From an uncultured delta proteobacterium (GTDB taxonomy: Bacteria; Myxococcota_A; Polyangia; Haliangiales; Haliangiaceae): a stretch of DNA of 64,000 bases. Of the stretch, positions 29,603-39,018 are shown piece after piece. Below the pieces are notes generated by a model. That model made no database searches and had not been told where the DNA came from. It was given only the letters and a program-made list of their open reading frames with translations. Position numbers and translations under genes: made by a program. The DNA lies in assembly GCA_963848295.1 (NCBI GenBank), contig CAWKDB010000002.1, forward strand, positions 768,001 through 832,000, read 5' to 3'. The stretch's first letter is position 1. Each line of letters opens with the position of its first letter.

Positions 29603-29675
29603 TGGTACTAGCCCGCGCGCCGGCGGCGCTCCGGGTCGGTCTGCTTGTTCTGCGAAGTGCGCTATTCTCCGGCGC

Positions 29676-30557
29676 GTGAAGCGCCTCGTCGTCGCCTTCA
29701 TCGCGGTCGCCGGGTTCGGCACCGCGCGATTCGCGCGCACCGCGGCGCAAGCCGAGTCGGTGGGAGGCGGCGCCGACGATGTCTACGCGCCGTCCCCCGG
29801 CGCGGCCCCGTTTGTCTCGCTCGGCTATCGCGAGCTCGCGGCCGACGTGCTGTTCGTCCGGTTGCGCGGTTACTTCGGCGGCGACCACAACACCGCGGAT
29901 GGCATCGCGTCACTGGTCGAGGCGATCGTCGCGCTCGATCCGCAGTTCCATCGCGTCTATGACTATGGCGCGCGAGCCATGGAGCTCGCCACGACCGGGG
30001 TCGGCAACGCGATCTACCTGCGTGCGATCGGCGTGCTCCGCACCGGGATGAAGGCGTTTCCCGACGACTGGAAGCTGCCGGATCTCGCGAGCGAGATCTA
30101 TACGCAGGATCTCCAGACCGACGATCCGGCGAAGCGCCGCGAGTGGGACGAGAAGGGCACACTGCTCGCCGAATCGGCGCTACGCAAGCCCGGCGCACCG
30201 CAGGAGGCGGCGACGTGGGTTGCGACGATGCGCACCCGGCTCGGCCAACACGAGCGCGCCGCCGCCGGCCTCAAGGAGATGCTGCTCGTCACGAACGATC
30301 CGACGACGCGAGCCCGGCTGATCGACAAGCTCGCCGCGCTCGACCACGCCGACGCCGCCGAGATCGCGGGCGAGATCTACGAGCAGCGCCGCAAGTTCGA
30401 ACAGGCGTGGCGCGCCGACCGCCCCACCCTGCCCGCGACGATGTACATCCTGCTCGGCCCTCACCCGCGGCCCGGGTTTGACCTCGGCGATCTCGCGACC
30501 GGAGGCCGAGACCTCACCCGGACGGACGAGATCGAGAAGCTGCCGCCGGTCGACTGA
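29676..30557 (+). CDS. Hypothetical membrane-anchored, TPR-like helical protein
   Basis: N-terminal hydrophobic segment; SLGYRELAADVLFVR, ALDPQF and GMKAFPDDWKLP helical repeats. Confidence 0.7.
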   Translation: MKRLVVAFIAVAGFGTARFARTAAQAESVGGGADDVYAPSPGAAPFVSLGYRELAADVLFVRLRGYFGGDHNTADGIASLVEAIVALDPQFHRVYDYGARAMELATTGVGNAIYLRAIGVLRTGMKAFPDDWKLPDLASEIYTQDLQTDDPAKRREWDEKGTLLAESALRKPGAPQEAATWVATMRTRLGQHERAAAGLKEMLLVTNDPTTRARLIDKLAALDHADAAEIAGEIYEQRRKFEQAWRADRPTLPATMYILLGPHPRPGFDLGDLATGGRDLTRTDEIEKLPPVD

Positions 30558-30572
30558 GCTCGCGCACGCTAC

Positions 30573-30671
30573 AAGGTGACAATAGAGACACCGTCACCAA
30601 TTTCCTTGAACAGATACCTGCGGTTGGCGCGGGGCTCACGCGCGCAAGGTGACAAAAGAGACAGCGTCCCT
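30573..30671 (-). repeat. Repeat doublet B: 26-bp direct repeats at 30646-30671 and 30573-30598, period 73 bp
   Basis: Minus strand: AGGGACGCTGTCTCTTTTGTCACCTT and GGTGACGGTGTCTCTATTGTCACCTT. Confidence 0.88.
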
Positions 30672-33483
30672 ATTTCGGAAGGCGGTCCGAGTAGTCTTTG
30701 ATCAAGATCGCCGGCGGGTCGGCGTGGATGTCGACGCTGTAGGTCTCTTTGATCCCGAACTCGTTGTTAATGAGCGTGATCTTGTGGACGCCGACGGGGA
30801 TCGCGTACGCCCTCTGCGGCGTCTGCAGGCCGGTGTCTTTGCCGTCGACGTGGATGTTGCACGGCGGCTTCGAGTTGAGGCGCAGGACGCCCATTTTCGG
30901 GACGGTGTCGGCGGGGTGCTCGTTGTGCTCGTTGGTCGCGACGCCGCCATCGGTCTTCGGCGGCGTCTCGGTCACGGCCTTGTGCTCCGGCTGGTTCGTG
31001 CGCAGCGGATTCGTCGCGACGGTCGGGTGCTGCGGGGGCGTCCCGGCGGAGTTGGTGTGCGGCGGGTTCGCGTGCGTCGGCTGGGTGACCGGTCCGGTCG
31101 CTGCGATCGGGGGCGTCCCTGCGGTCGGCGGTGCACCAGCGGCTTCGAGATCGACCGTGATCTTCTCGTCGGGGGCTCCGCTGAACGAGATCGGGCGATT
31201 GATCGACACCGCGCCGGGCTTCTCGAACAGCACCGCATAGGTCTTGCGCGGGTCGAGCGTCGCCTGCTGCGGGCTTGGCCCGAGGAGCTGGCGCTTGCCG
31301 TCGACGATCAGCGACACGGTGGCGCCCTGCGGATTGGAATCAAAGTGACCGGTCACCGAGATCGCGTCGAGCGTGATCTCGACCTTCGACGCCTGGCTGA
31401 GCTCGACGCTGACGGTCTTGTTCGCGCTCATGAACCCGATCGGGGCATCGATCGCGATCGTGTGCACGCCGGGCGCGATGTCGCGGATCCGCGCCGGGAC
31501 GTTGATCTGTTGCTCGACGCCGTCGAGCTTCCAGCCCTTGACCGTGCTCGGCGTGACGTAGAGGTCGAAGCCGGTCTTGTCGTCGCCGGCGACCCGCGGT
31601 GGTTCGGCTGGGGCCGCCGAGCCCGGCGGTTGAGCTGGAGCCGTCCCAGCCGTGGCCGCCGTCATCGTCGTCGGCTTATTGCCGCCGCTGGTCACGGCGA
31701 TCACGATCACCACGGTCAGCACGACCAACGCAGCCGCGATGATCGCGATCGTCATCGTGCGCTTTTTCTGCTGGCGACGATGCGCGGCGGAGCTGCCGAA
31801 CATCGGCTGCTCCTCGAACGCCGACGGATACATCATCGGCGCGGGTGGCTGCGACACGAGGCGAACCGGCGCCGAGCTCTCGCGGGGTTGCGCGAGCGAT
31901 GCGACCAGCGCGGCCGCCGGATCTTCGTAGTGCGCGGGGACGGGGCCCTTCTGCGAACCGGCGGCAGAGATCCGCGGCGGCTCGATCATCGTCGGTGCGT
32001 TCGCGGCGCCGTTCGGACCGGCGAGGCCGTTCGCGCCGTTGTGGGGCGGCGGCAGTCGCGAGTTGTCCCAGCCGCGCGCGGTCGACACCAGCGACGACAA
32101 GTCCGGCCCGTTGTCGATCGGGCCCGAGGACGCGGCGCCCATCGGCGGCGGTCCCGAGCTCGGGGCCGACAACGGCAGCGGCTTGGATATCCCGGCGCCC
32201 GGGCCACCCGGACGGCGCTTGGGATCATCGGCCGGATCGTCGTAGATCTGGGTCTCGAGCTCGTCGTCGTCCCACGACAGCCCGCTCTCGGCGCGTGCGG
32301 GCGCAGCGGCTTGCACCGCTGGCTGCTGCGCGGACATCCGCATGCTCGCCGATGGCGGCGGCGGCGGCATCGTCGTCGACTTGACCGCGGGCAGCGCTTG
32401 GGTCGACTTGCGCGGCGGCGGCGGCTGGCTCGATGGCGGACGCGAAATCGGAGCACTACCGGCGGTTGGCGTGCGGCCGATCGCGGGTGCCCCCGGAGGC
32501 GGCTCGGTCGGCGCCTTGAGCTGGCGGTAGCTCTCGAGCTTCGCGGTCTCCTCTTCGATCTCCTTGCCGAACGTCTTCTTCATCCAGCCGGCGAGATCCT
32601 TGCGCGAGTAGAACTCGCCGGCGGTGTAGACGAACGCCTGCAGCTCGTCGTGCAGATCGATCGCGTTTTGATAGCGATCCTCGACGTCCTTCGCGAGCGC
32701 CTTCAAGACGATGCGCTCGAGCTCGTCGGGGATGCGCCGGTTATAGGTCGACGGCGGCAGGATCTCGACGTTGCGCACCTTCTCGAGCGTCGAGAAATCG
32801 CTCTCGCCGACGAACAAGCGCTCGCCGGTGAGTAGCTCGTACAACACGATGCCGCACGAGAACACGTCGCTGCGGCGATCGATCGGGATGCCGCGGACCT
32901 GCTCCGGCGACATGTAGCCGAACTTGCCTTTGAGAATTCCCGCCTGGGTCTTCGATCCCTTGCCCGCCGCCTTCGCGATGCCGAAGTCGATCAGCTTCAC
33001 CTCGCCTTCGAACGAGACGAGGATGTTCTGGGGCGACACGTCGCGATGCACGAGGTGGAGCTCGCGGCCGCTCTGGTCGCGCTTGTTGTGCGCGTAGTCG
33101 AGGCCTTCGCACACCTTCATCACCGTGAAGCACGCCTGCGAGACCGGCATCGGCTCGCCGATCAACCGGCAACGATCGAACATGCCGCGCAAGTCGCGAC
33201 CGTGGACGTGCTCGAGCGCGATGTAGTACGCGCCATCGACCACGCCGAGATCGAAGATCTGCGCGATGTTCGCGTGGTTCAGCTGAACCGCGAGCTTCGC
33301 TTCTTCGATGAACATGCGGATGAACTCTTTGTCCTCCGCGATGTTCGGCAGAATGCGTTTGACCGCGACGAGCCGCTCGAAACCTTCAACGCCGAAGGCC
33401 TTCGCGCGAAACACCTCGGCCATCCCGCCGACGTTGATGCGCTCGAGTAGATAGTATTTGCCGAAAGGAGTCGGCTTCTTCAC
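30670..33483 (-). CDS. Membrane-anchored Ser/Thr protein kinase with C-terminal PEGA-like domains
   Basis: INVGGMAEVF, VAVKRIL, HRDVSPQN, DFGIAK and YMSPEQ motifs; Pro-rich linker, TM helix, NSKPPCNIHVDG. Start reassigned to GTG 33483. Confidence 0.93.
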   Translation of the reverse strand: MKKPTPFGKYYLLERINVGGMAEVFRAKAFGVEGFERLVAVKRILPNIAEDKEFIRMFIEEAKLAVQLNHANIAQIFDLGVVDGAYYIALEHVHGRDLRGMFDRCRLIGEPMPVSQACFTVMKVCEGLDYAHNKRDQSGRELHLVHRDVSPQNILVSFEGEVKLIDFGIAKAAGKGSKTQAGILKGKFGYMSPEQVRGIPIDRRSDVFSCGIVLYELLTGERLFVGESDFSTLEKVRNVEILPPSTYNRRIPDELERIVLKALAKDVEDRYQNAIDLHDELQAFVYTAGEFYSRKDLAGWMKKTFGKEIEEETAKLESYRQLKAPTEPPPGAPAIGRTPTAGSAPISRPPSSQPPPPRKSTQALPAVKSTTMPPPPPSASMRMSAQQPAVQAAAPARAESGLSWDDDELETQIYDDPADDPKRRPGGPGAGISKPLPLSAPSSGPPPMGAASSGPIDNGPDLSSLVSTARGWDNSRLPPPHNGANGLAGPNGAANAPTMIEPPRISAAGSQKGPVPAHYEDPAAALVASLAQPRESSAPVRLVSQPPAPMMYPSAFEEQPMFGSSAAHRRQQKKRTMTIAIIAAALVVLTVVIVIAVTSGGNKPTTMTAATAGTAPAQPPGSAAPAEPPRVAGDDKTGFDLYVTPSTVKGWKLDGVEQQINVPARIRDIAPGVHTIAIDAPIGFMSANKTVSVELSQASKVEITLDAISVTGHFDSNPQGATVSLIVDGKRQLLGPSPQQATLDPRKTYAVLFEKPGAVSINRPISFSGAPDEKITVDLEAAGAPPTAGTPPIAATGPVTQPTHANPPHTNSAGTPPQHPTVATNPLRTNQPEHKAVTETPPKTDGGVATNEHNEHPADTVPKMGVLRLNSKPPCNIHVDGKDTGLQTPQRAYAIPVGVHKITLINNEFGIKETYSVDIHADPPAILIKDYSDRLPK

Positions 33484-33625
33484 GTTGCGCGCGCCACAGG
33501 TAGATGAAGGGTGGGACCCTAACCGAAATCGGTTCCTTGGGCCACACCGGTTCGTACCTCCTGGGTGCGCGGAATTCCAGGAAAATCGCCAAGACGTGAA
33601 TGCCGTACAGATCGTCACGGGGAAT

Positions 33626-33725
33626 GGTGACGCTGTCTCTTTTGTCACCTTACCGGCGAACGCACCCCAGCTATCTGCTCGCTTTGGTTAGAAGAAATTG
33701 GTGACGCTGTCTCTATTGTCAACTT
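33626..33725 (+). repeat. Repeat doublet C: 26-bp direct repeats at 33626-33651 and 33700-33725, period 74 bp
   Basis: GGTGACGCTGTCTCTTTTGTCACCTT and GGTGACGCTGTCTCTATTGTCAACTT. Confidence 0.9.
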
Positions 33726-33755
33726 GGGGCGCTCGCCGCGCCGGCGCTCGTTCTG

Positions 33756-35186
33756 CTAGTTCTGGGTCAACGCCTGGGCCGGCTCCATCCGAGCCGCTTT
33801 GCGCGCCGGTAGGTAGCCGCCGATCACCGCAAATCCCGCCGCGCATAACAGCCCGCCGCCGATGATCCACCAGCGAAAGTGGAACCAGGTCGACGGCTTG
33901 TACGGGAATCCCGACGCGTAGTGGTTCGACAGATAGTCGAGGCCGAGCGACATCAAGAACCCGAGCATGCAGCCCAGGATGCCGCCGATGATCCCTATCA
34001 GGGCCGCCTCGCAGATCACCAGCGCGCGGACGTCGGTCTGGGACGCACCGACCGCACGGAGTAGGCCCAATTCGCGCCGGCGCTCGGTGATCTGCATGAA
34101 GAAGTTGTGCGCGATGTTGATCGCAGAGATCACGATGATGACCAGCGAAATGATCACGAGCACGAGCCGGATGATGAAGATCACGGTCGCGAACTTCTGA
34201 CCGAGCGAATCGTCGAGCCGGAGATCTTCTTTGTCCTGGAGCCACTGCGCGAACGCCGGGATCTTGCGTTGGTCGTTGAGCGTGACCACGATCGACGAGT
34301 ACGCCGTGCCCGCGTCGGCATTGACGAACTCGGTGTTCCAGCGCTCGATGTAGCCGAGCGGGACGGTCATGCCGATCCGCTTGGCCTTCGCGCTGATCCC
34401 GATGACGACGCCCTCCACTTCGCGGTGGCGACCGGACGCGACCGTCTGGCCGAACACCGACTGGCCGAGGAGCAGCGAGAACCTCATCGCCGACAGGCCG
34501 CCCTGCTTGATCATGAACTTCGCGAAGTCCTCGCCGATCATCGGCGTGCCGTGGCTCTTCGCGTACTCCGTGTTGTAGAGCTCGAGCATCGTCGGCGAGA
34601 TCACGACCGGCACCCGGTGGTGGCACGTGTGGTCACTGCGGTCGCAGTAGTAGCGATCGGGATGCGGGCACGGGCTCGCACCGTCGGGCGGCGGGGGCAC
34701 ACACGCGCCGCCCTTCGGGACGCCCGGCGCTTCCCAGTCGCGGAACAGATCCGCCATGTACTTGTGCTGCTCGGGATCGAGCGATGGATCGTCGACGACG
34801 TAGGCCGGATCGATGCCGTCGGCTGCGCCGCCGACCTCGAGCGACAGCTGGCTGCCGTTGAACGAGCCCGAGCCGAACGCGGGGAACGCGAGGCTCATCC
34901 GTGGCAACACGCGCGAGACCTCGGAGCGAGCCTTGATCTGAGCGACGGTGGTGTCGTCGAGGCGCTTCGTGTCGTTCTGGACGAGCGTGACCTTCGGCGG
35001 GATGACCTCGACCTCTTCGACCGGGAAGATCTTCTCGAGCACCGCGGCGACCTGTTCGGTCGAGGCCAGGAACAGCACGAACGTCGCGATGCCGATCACG
35101 ATGCCGAACACCGACAGCGCGAAGTGGCGCCGGCTGCGCATCGTGTTGCCAGCGACCATCCGCACGAGATTCGTCAGGGGCATCAT
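33756..35186 (-). CDS. ABC transporter permease (MacB/FtsX type)
   Basis: LSVFGIVIGI, ERRRELGLLRAVGAS and PARKAARMEPAQAL motifs; 4-TM topology. Confidence 0.92.
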   Translation of the reverse strand: MMPLTNLVRMVAGNTMRSRRHFALSVFGIVIGIATFVLFLASTEQVAAVLEKIFPVEEVEVIPPKVTLVQNDTKRLDDTTVAQIKARSEVSRVLPRMSLAFPAFGSGSFNGSQLSLEVGGAADGIDPAYVVDDPSLDPEQHKYMADLFRDWEAPGVPKGGACVPPPPDGASPCPHPDRYYCDRSDHTCHHRVPVVISPTMLELYNTEYAKSHGTPMIGEDFAKFMIKQGGLSAMRFSLLLGQSVFGQTVASGRHREVEGVVIGISAKAKRIGMTVPLGYIERWNTEFVNADAGTAYSSIVVTLNDQRKIPAFAQWLQDKEDLRLDDSLGQKFATVIFIIRLVLVIISLVIIVISAINIAHNFFMQITERRRELGLLRAVGASQTDVRALVICEAALIGIIGGILGCMLGFLMSLGLDYLSNHYASGFPYKPSTWFHFRWWIIGGGLLCAAGFAVIGGYLPARKAARMEPAQALTQN

Positions 35187-35201
35187 GGGCGTTGTCCTGC
35201 G

Positions 35202-35924
35202 TTATCCGGCGGGTCCGGCGTGCGCGGCGGCGAGCGCCTCGTCGGTGGTCTCGACCAGCAGGCCATCGCGCATCGCGATCACGCGCTTCGCTACGCTCGA
35301 CACCCGGCGCTCGTGGGTGACGATCAACAGCGTCAGCCCTTCCTTCGCGTTGAGCTCGCGGAAGAAGTCGATGACCTCTTTGCCGGTCTCGCTGTCGAGG
35401 CTGCCGGTCGGCTCGTCGCACAGCAGCAGCTTCGGCCCGCTGAACAGCGCGCGCGCGATCGCGACTCGCTGCTTCTGGCCGCCCGACAGCTCGCCCGGGT
35501 GCCGGTGCGCGAAGTCTGCCAAGTTGACCCGGCGCAGCGCCTCGCGGCCGCGGCCGACGGCATCCTTGTGCGACGACGAGAACGACGCCGGCAAGATCAC
35601 GTTATCGAGCACGTTCTTGTGATCGAGCAGGTTGAACGCCTGGAACACGAAGCCGATCGACTTGTTGCGTAGCTCGGCGCGCTTGGCATCGCCCGCCTTG
35701 CGGGTGTCGACGCCGAGCACCTCGACCTCACCCGCATCGGGGTTATCGAGGCCGCCGATCACGTTGAGCAGCGTCGATTTGCCCGAGCCGGACTGGCCGA
35801 CCAACGCGACAAACTCGCCGGCATCGATGTCGAAGCTGACACCGCGAAGCACTTCGGTCCTCGCAGCGCCAACGCCGTAGCTCTTCGTAATGTCGCGCAA
35901 CCGAACGACCGGGCCGGCGGGCAC
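35202..35924 (-). CDS. ABC transporter ATP-binding protein (LolD/MacB-like)
   Basis: GQSGSGKST, IGFVFQAFNL, LSGGQKQRVAIARAL, CDEPTGSLD and VTHE motifs. Confidence 0.95.
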   Translation of the reverse strand: MPAGPVVRLRDITKSYGVGAARTEVLRGVSFDIDAGEFVALVGQSGSGKSTLLNVIGGLDNPDAGEVEVLGVDTRKAGDAKRAELRNKSIGFVFQAFNLLDHKNVLDNVILPASFSSSHKDAVGRGREALRRVNLADFAHRHPGELSGGQKQRVAIARALFSGPKLLLCDEPTGSLDSETGKEVIDFFRELNAKEGLTLLIVTHERRVSSVAKRVIAMRDGLLVETTDEALAAAHAGPAG

Positions 35925-35943
35925 GCGCGAAACCTAGCACGAT

Positions 35944-37437
35944 TTACGGCGCTGCCTCGGCTTGCAGCTTCAATCCATCGTTTCCAAGCGTTGCCGTCAC
36001 GCTCACCCGCTGCCAGTGCTGTAACAGCGCGAGCACGGGCTGCGGAAGCTGGACATCCATCGCCGCGAACATGTCCTGCCAGGCGGCGGGCGACAGCTTG
36101 CGCGGCTGGATCACGATGCTGGCCGCGACCGGCCGGCTCACCTGAGGCGACGTCGCGACGACGCGGTCGATCAGGCCATCGCCGATCGCGAAGATCGCGA
36201 GCGTGTCGGTCAACACGTAGTCGACGGTCGGCTCGGTCGGGATCGACAGCTCGTGGCCGGAGTACGTACCGAACCGCTTCGCGTGGTCCAAGCGCGACCG
36301 CAAGAACGACGGAATGCGATCGAGCTCTTCGGCGAGCATGTCGGCGATCGCCTTCTGCCCGGCCAGATCGGCGGACAGCACGCCGGTGGGCTTGCCGTCG
36401 CTGAACGTCTCGAGCGCCGCGCGCAGCGTGCGGACCTGGAACCGGCGCAGATCCGAGAGCTCGATGTCGAGCGCGCTGGCGCACGGCGCGAGCCAGGCGA
36501 GTCCCGCCTCGAGATCGAGGTTCCATTCCAGCGCGATCGGGGCCTCCGCCGCGATGCTCTGCCATCCCGGCGGTGGGGAGAGCACGCTGTGGGCAACCGC
36601 CGCGGCGGCGACCGAGGGATCGAGCGCGGCGGACACGCTGAACCCGACGGCGCCGTTGCGCATGCCCGAGCCGACCTCGACATGAGCGAAGGTCGCGAGC
36701 TGCTTGGTGCAAGCCGCCGCGCCCGGCCACTCCTTCGTGACGATCTCGAGCAGGCGCGGCACGTCGACAAAGCCGCCGACCGTCGCGGTCGCGTCGCTGC
36801 CCGCGTAGAACGTGTCGCCGCCGATCAGCCGATCGCGGCGCTGCCAGTCGCGCGAGTGTGGATCGTGGAGCGCGGCGAACCAGGCTCCGGTCGCCGGACC
36901 TGCGCCGACGTGGACGAGCAGCCAATCGTGGTCGATCACCCAGCTGATCGAGGTACCGAACGACATCGCGTACGTGGACACGACGAGGTCCCCCACCTTC
37001 GCGGTGCTCGCGACCATGCCCGCGCCGATCGCCTTCGCGATGAACGCGTGCAACCGCTCGGGCGCGGACAGATGAACCGCGAACGTCGGGGCGAGCTCGT
37101 CGGAGAACACCGCGACATTGCCGTCGAGGTCGAAGCCGAGCCCTGCGAGCTGGTTCGGATCGAGAGGGTCGACGCCGAACTCGGCGCGCATCCCTGCCGA
37201 CACCATCGCCGCGGTGCCACCGATCACCGGGCCGACGAGATCGGCGAGGTGCGTGACCGCGGCCTGGGCGTCGCGCAGCGTCGGGGCGACGAATCCGTAG
37301 GTTGGCTGGATCGGGAACCACCGCGTCACCGGCAGCTGCGTCGTGATGTCGCCGGGCTCCGAGCCGCCGGTCGTTGCCCCGTGGGGCACGGCCGGCCCGC
37401 ACGCTGCGAGCACCGCCGCGATCGCTAGGGATTTCAT
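35944..37437 (-). CDS. Hypothetical lipoprotein
   Basis: MKSLAIAAVLAAC lipobox; 497-aa ORF directly upstream of the ABC genes. Confidence 0.75.
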   Translation of the reverse strand: MKSLAIAAVLAACGPAVPHGATTGGSEPGDITTQLPVTRWFPIQPTYGFVAPTLRDAQAAVTHLADLVGPVIGGTAAMVSAGMRAEFGVDPLDPNQLAGLGFDLDGNVAVFSDELAPTFAVHLSAPERLHAFIAKAIGAGMVASTAKVGDLVVSTYAMSFGTSISWVIDHDWLLVHVGAGPATGAWFAALHDPHSRDWQRRDRLIGGDTFYAGSDATATVGGFVDVPRLLEIVTKEWPGAAACTKQLATFAHVEVGSGMRNGAVGFSVSAALDPSVAAAAVAHSVLSPPPGWQSIAAEAPIALEWNLDLEAGLAWLAPCASALDIELSDLRRFQVRTLRAALETFSDGKPTGVLSADLAGQKAIADMLAEELDRIPSFLRSRLDHAKRFGTYSGHELSIPTEPTVDYVLTDTLAIFAIGDGLIDRVVATSPQVSRPVAASIVIQPRKLSPAAWQDMFAAMDVQLPQPVLALLQHWQRVSVTATLGNDGLKLQAEAAP

Positions 37438-37523
37438 GGCTGAAGCTTCCCAGGAAACCGCGCGGCGCGCTGGCCGATAGCACCGGCAACGCGAGGCACA
37501 ACCATGTATCCTGCGAGCAGCTC

Positions 37524-37844
37524 ATGACGTCGATCGGCGGACCCGGTGGCATCGGTGGACCCAAGGGCCCCGGCGGCCCACAAGGCCCAGACGGTGACGG
37601 TGGCGTCGGCGATGTCGCGGACGTGGCCGGCAGTCGCGAGACCGCGGCGACGCCCGGCTCGATCGACGCGCTGGCGGCCGATCTCGCCGCGGGCAAGTTG
37701 ACCCCGCACGAGGCGATCGATCGCCTGGTCGAAGCGACCGCGACCCCGGAGCTCGGCGCGGCCGAACGCGCTGAGCTGCGCGAGCTGATCACCGACTTGG
37801 TCGCCAACGATCCGCACCTCGCGGCGCTCGCGAGCCGGCTCTAA
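37524..37844 (+). CDS. Small hypothetical protein with Gly/Pro-rich N-terminus
   Basis: MTSIGGPGGIGGPKGPGG... followed by a helical acidic domain; TAA stop formed at the IS junction. Confidence 0.7.
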   Translation: MTSIGGPGGIGGPKGPGGPQGPDGDGGVGDVADVAGSRETAATPGSIDALAADLAAGKLTPHEAIDRLVEATATPELGAAERAELRELITDLVANDPHLAALASRL

Positions 37845-39018
37845 ACAGAATCGCACGGCTTGTGGATCACAGGAACCTGGCCACGTGATTCGCGATCAGC
37901 TTCGGGTCCTCCTGAAACATCGCGAAGGTTGCGCAGAGGGCCGTGTCGCGCTCTTCGACGGTCTTGTAAAAGCGATTGTGGGTGGTTCGTTTCTTGGTCA
38001 CTTTCCAGACACCTTCAATCGCATTGAACTCGGGCGAATAGGGCGGCAGTCGGAACAGCTCGATGCGATGGCGGTTCTCCTTTAGCCACAGCTTTCCGTC
38101 TTCCTTGAGATTGTGGCAGGGACCGTTGTCGATGATCAGGAAGATCTTGCGCCGGGTTCGAGCAACGACCTGCTTGAGGAAGTCGAAGAACGTGAGTCCG
38201 TTGAAGACGGGCGCAAACTTGTAGTGGAACCGTGGTCGTTGCTCGAGCGTAACGACGCCGAAGACGTGCGCCGTCTTGCGCATGCCGAACGTGTCTACGC
38301 GGGGCTGGCAGCCAACTCGGGACCACGTTTGGTGGAGCGTCCCGTCGAGCCAGAAGCTGGCCTCGTCGCCGAAGGCAACGACGCCGCGGCACTGGCGCGC
38401 TTTTTTTTAATCTTCGGCAAGGTCTCTCGCAGCCACGTGGCCTGCCGCGCAAGATCGGCTCGGGCCAGCCGTTTACGCGGCCGCTGGACCGAGAACTTGA
38501 GTTGGTGCAGGAGCCTCGGCACGTGATGATTGTGATAGCGAACGCCGAACCGCTCCTCGATCAGGTCGCCGATCATCGGACCGGTCCAGACACCGGACTG
38601 ATAGCCTGCCTGCATCGGGCCCAGTTCAATGATGATCCCCAGAGCCTCGCGTTGCTCGTCGGTGAGCTTCGGCGCAGGGCCTTCGGCAATCGAAGTCCGA
38701 AGCCCCTCAACGTGATCGACGTCGTACCACTGGAGCCAGCGATTGACGGAGCCGCGTGTGATGCCGAAGTCGACCGCGATGTGCGTGACTTTTCGTCCAT
38801 CGATGTATGCACGAACAGCACGGCCCCGACGCCATTCGCCGAGGTCGTTCTTGAGTTGCGCTTCGACGATAAAATCGTCGAGCTGTTTGAGCTGCGTGCC
38901 ACGGCGACGCGAGCGACGAATTGCCTTGCCTGGTTGAGATCGAGCCACGATCGCCGCACGATGATCCTCTCGGGATCCTTCGTCAATAGGCGAGGATCTC
39001 AGCCTGTGCGATCCTGTT
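37844..39018 (-). mobile_element. IS630 family insertion sequence (about 1175 bp) with TA duplication
   Basis: Imperfect terminal inverted repeats AACAGAATCGCAC-GGCT / AACAGGATCGCACAGGCT; flanking TA at 37842-37843 and 39019-39020; lower GC than host genes. Confidence 0.93.
37867..38948 (-). CDS. IS630 transposase (HTH orfA + DDE orfB joined by a -1 frameshift at A8G, 38400-38408)
   Basis: orfA: SVNRWLQWY, WTGPMIGDLIEERFGVRY. orfB: FGDEASF, IIDNGPCH, LPPYSPEFNAIEGVW. Confidence 0.92.

Noticed and set aside
30649..33648. Two opposite-strand ORFs both starting MTKETAS
   Set aside because: An artefact of the inverted 26-bp repeats; the kinase starts at 33483 and the + strand ORF is a shadow.
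17053..33725. Repeat doublets as CRISPR arrays
   Set aside because: Only two imperfect repeats per locus, partly similar spacers, and no leader or cas genes; kept as an unclassified repeat.
37524..37844. Small Gly-rich ORF as the LanB precursor peptide
   Set aside because: It has no Cys or Ser/Thr-rich core after a double-glycine leader and lies 10 kb from the exporter.
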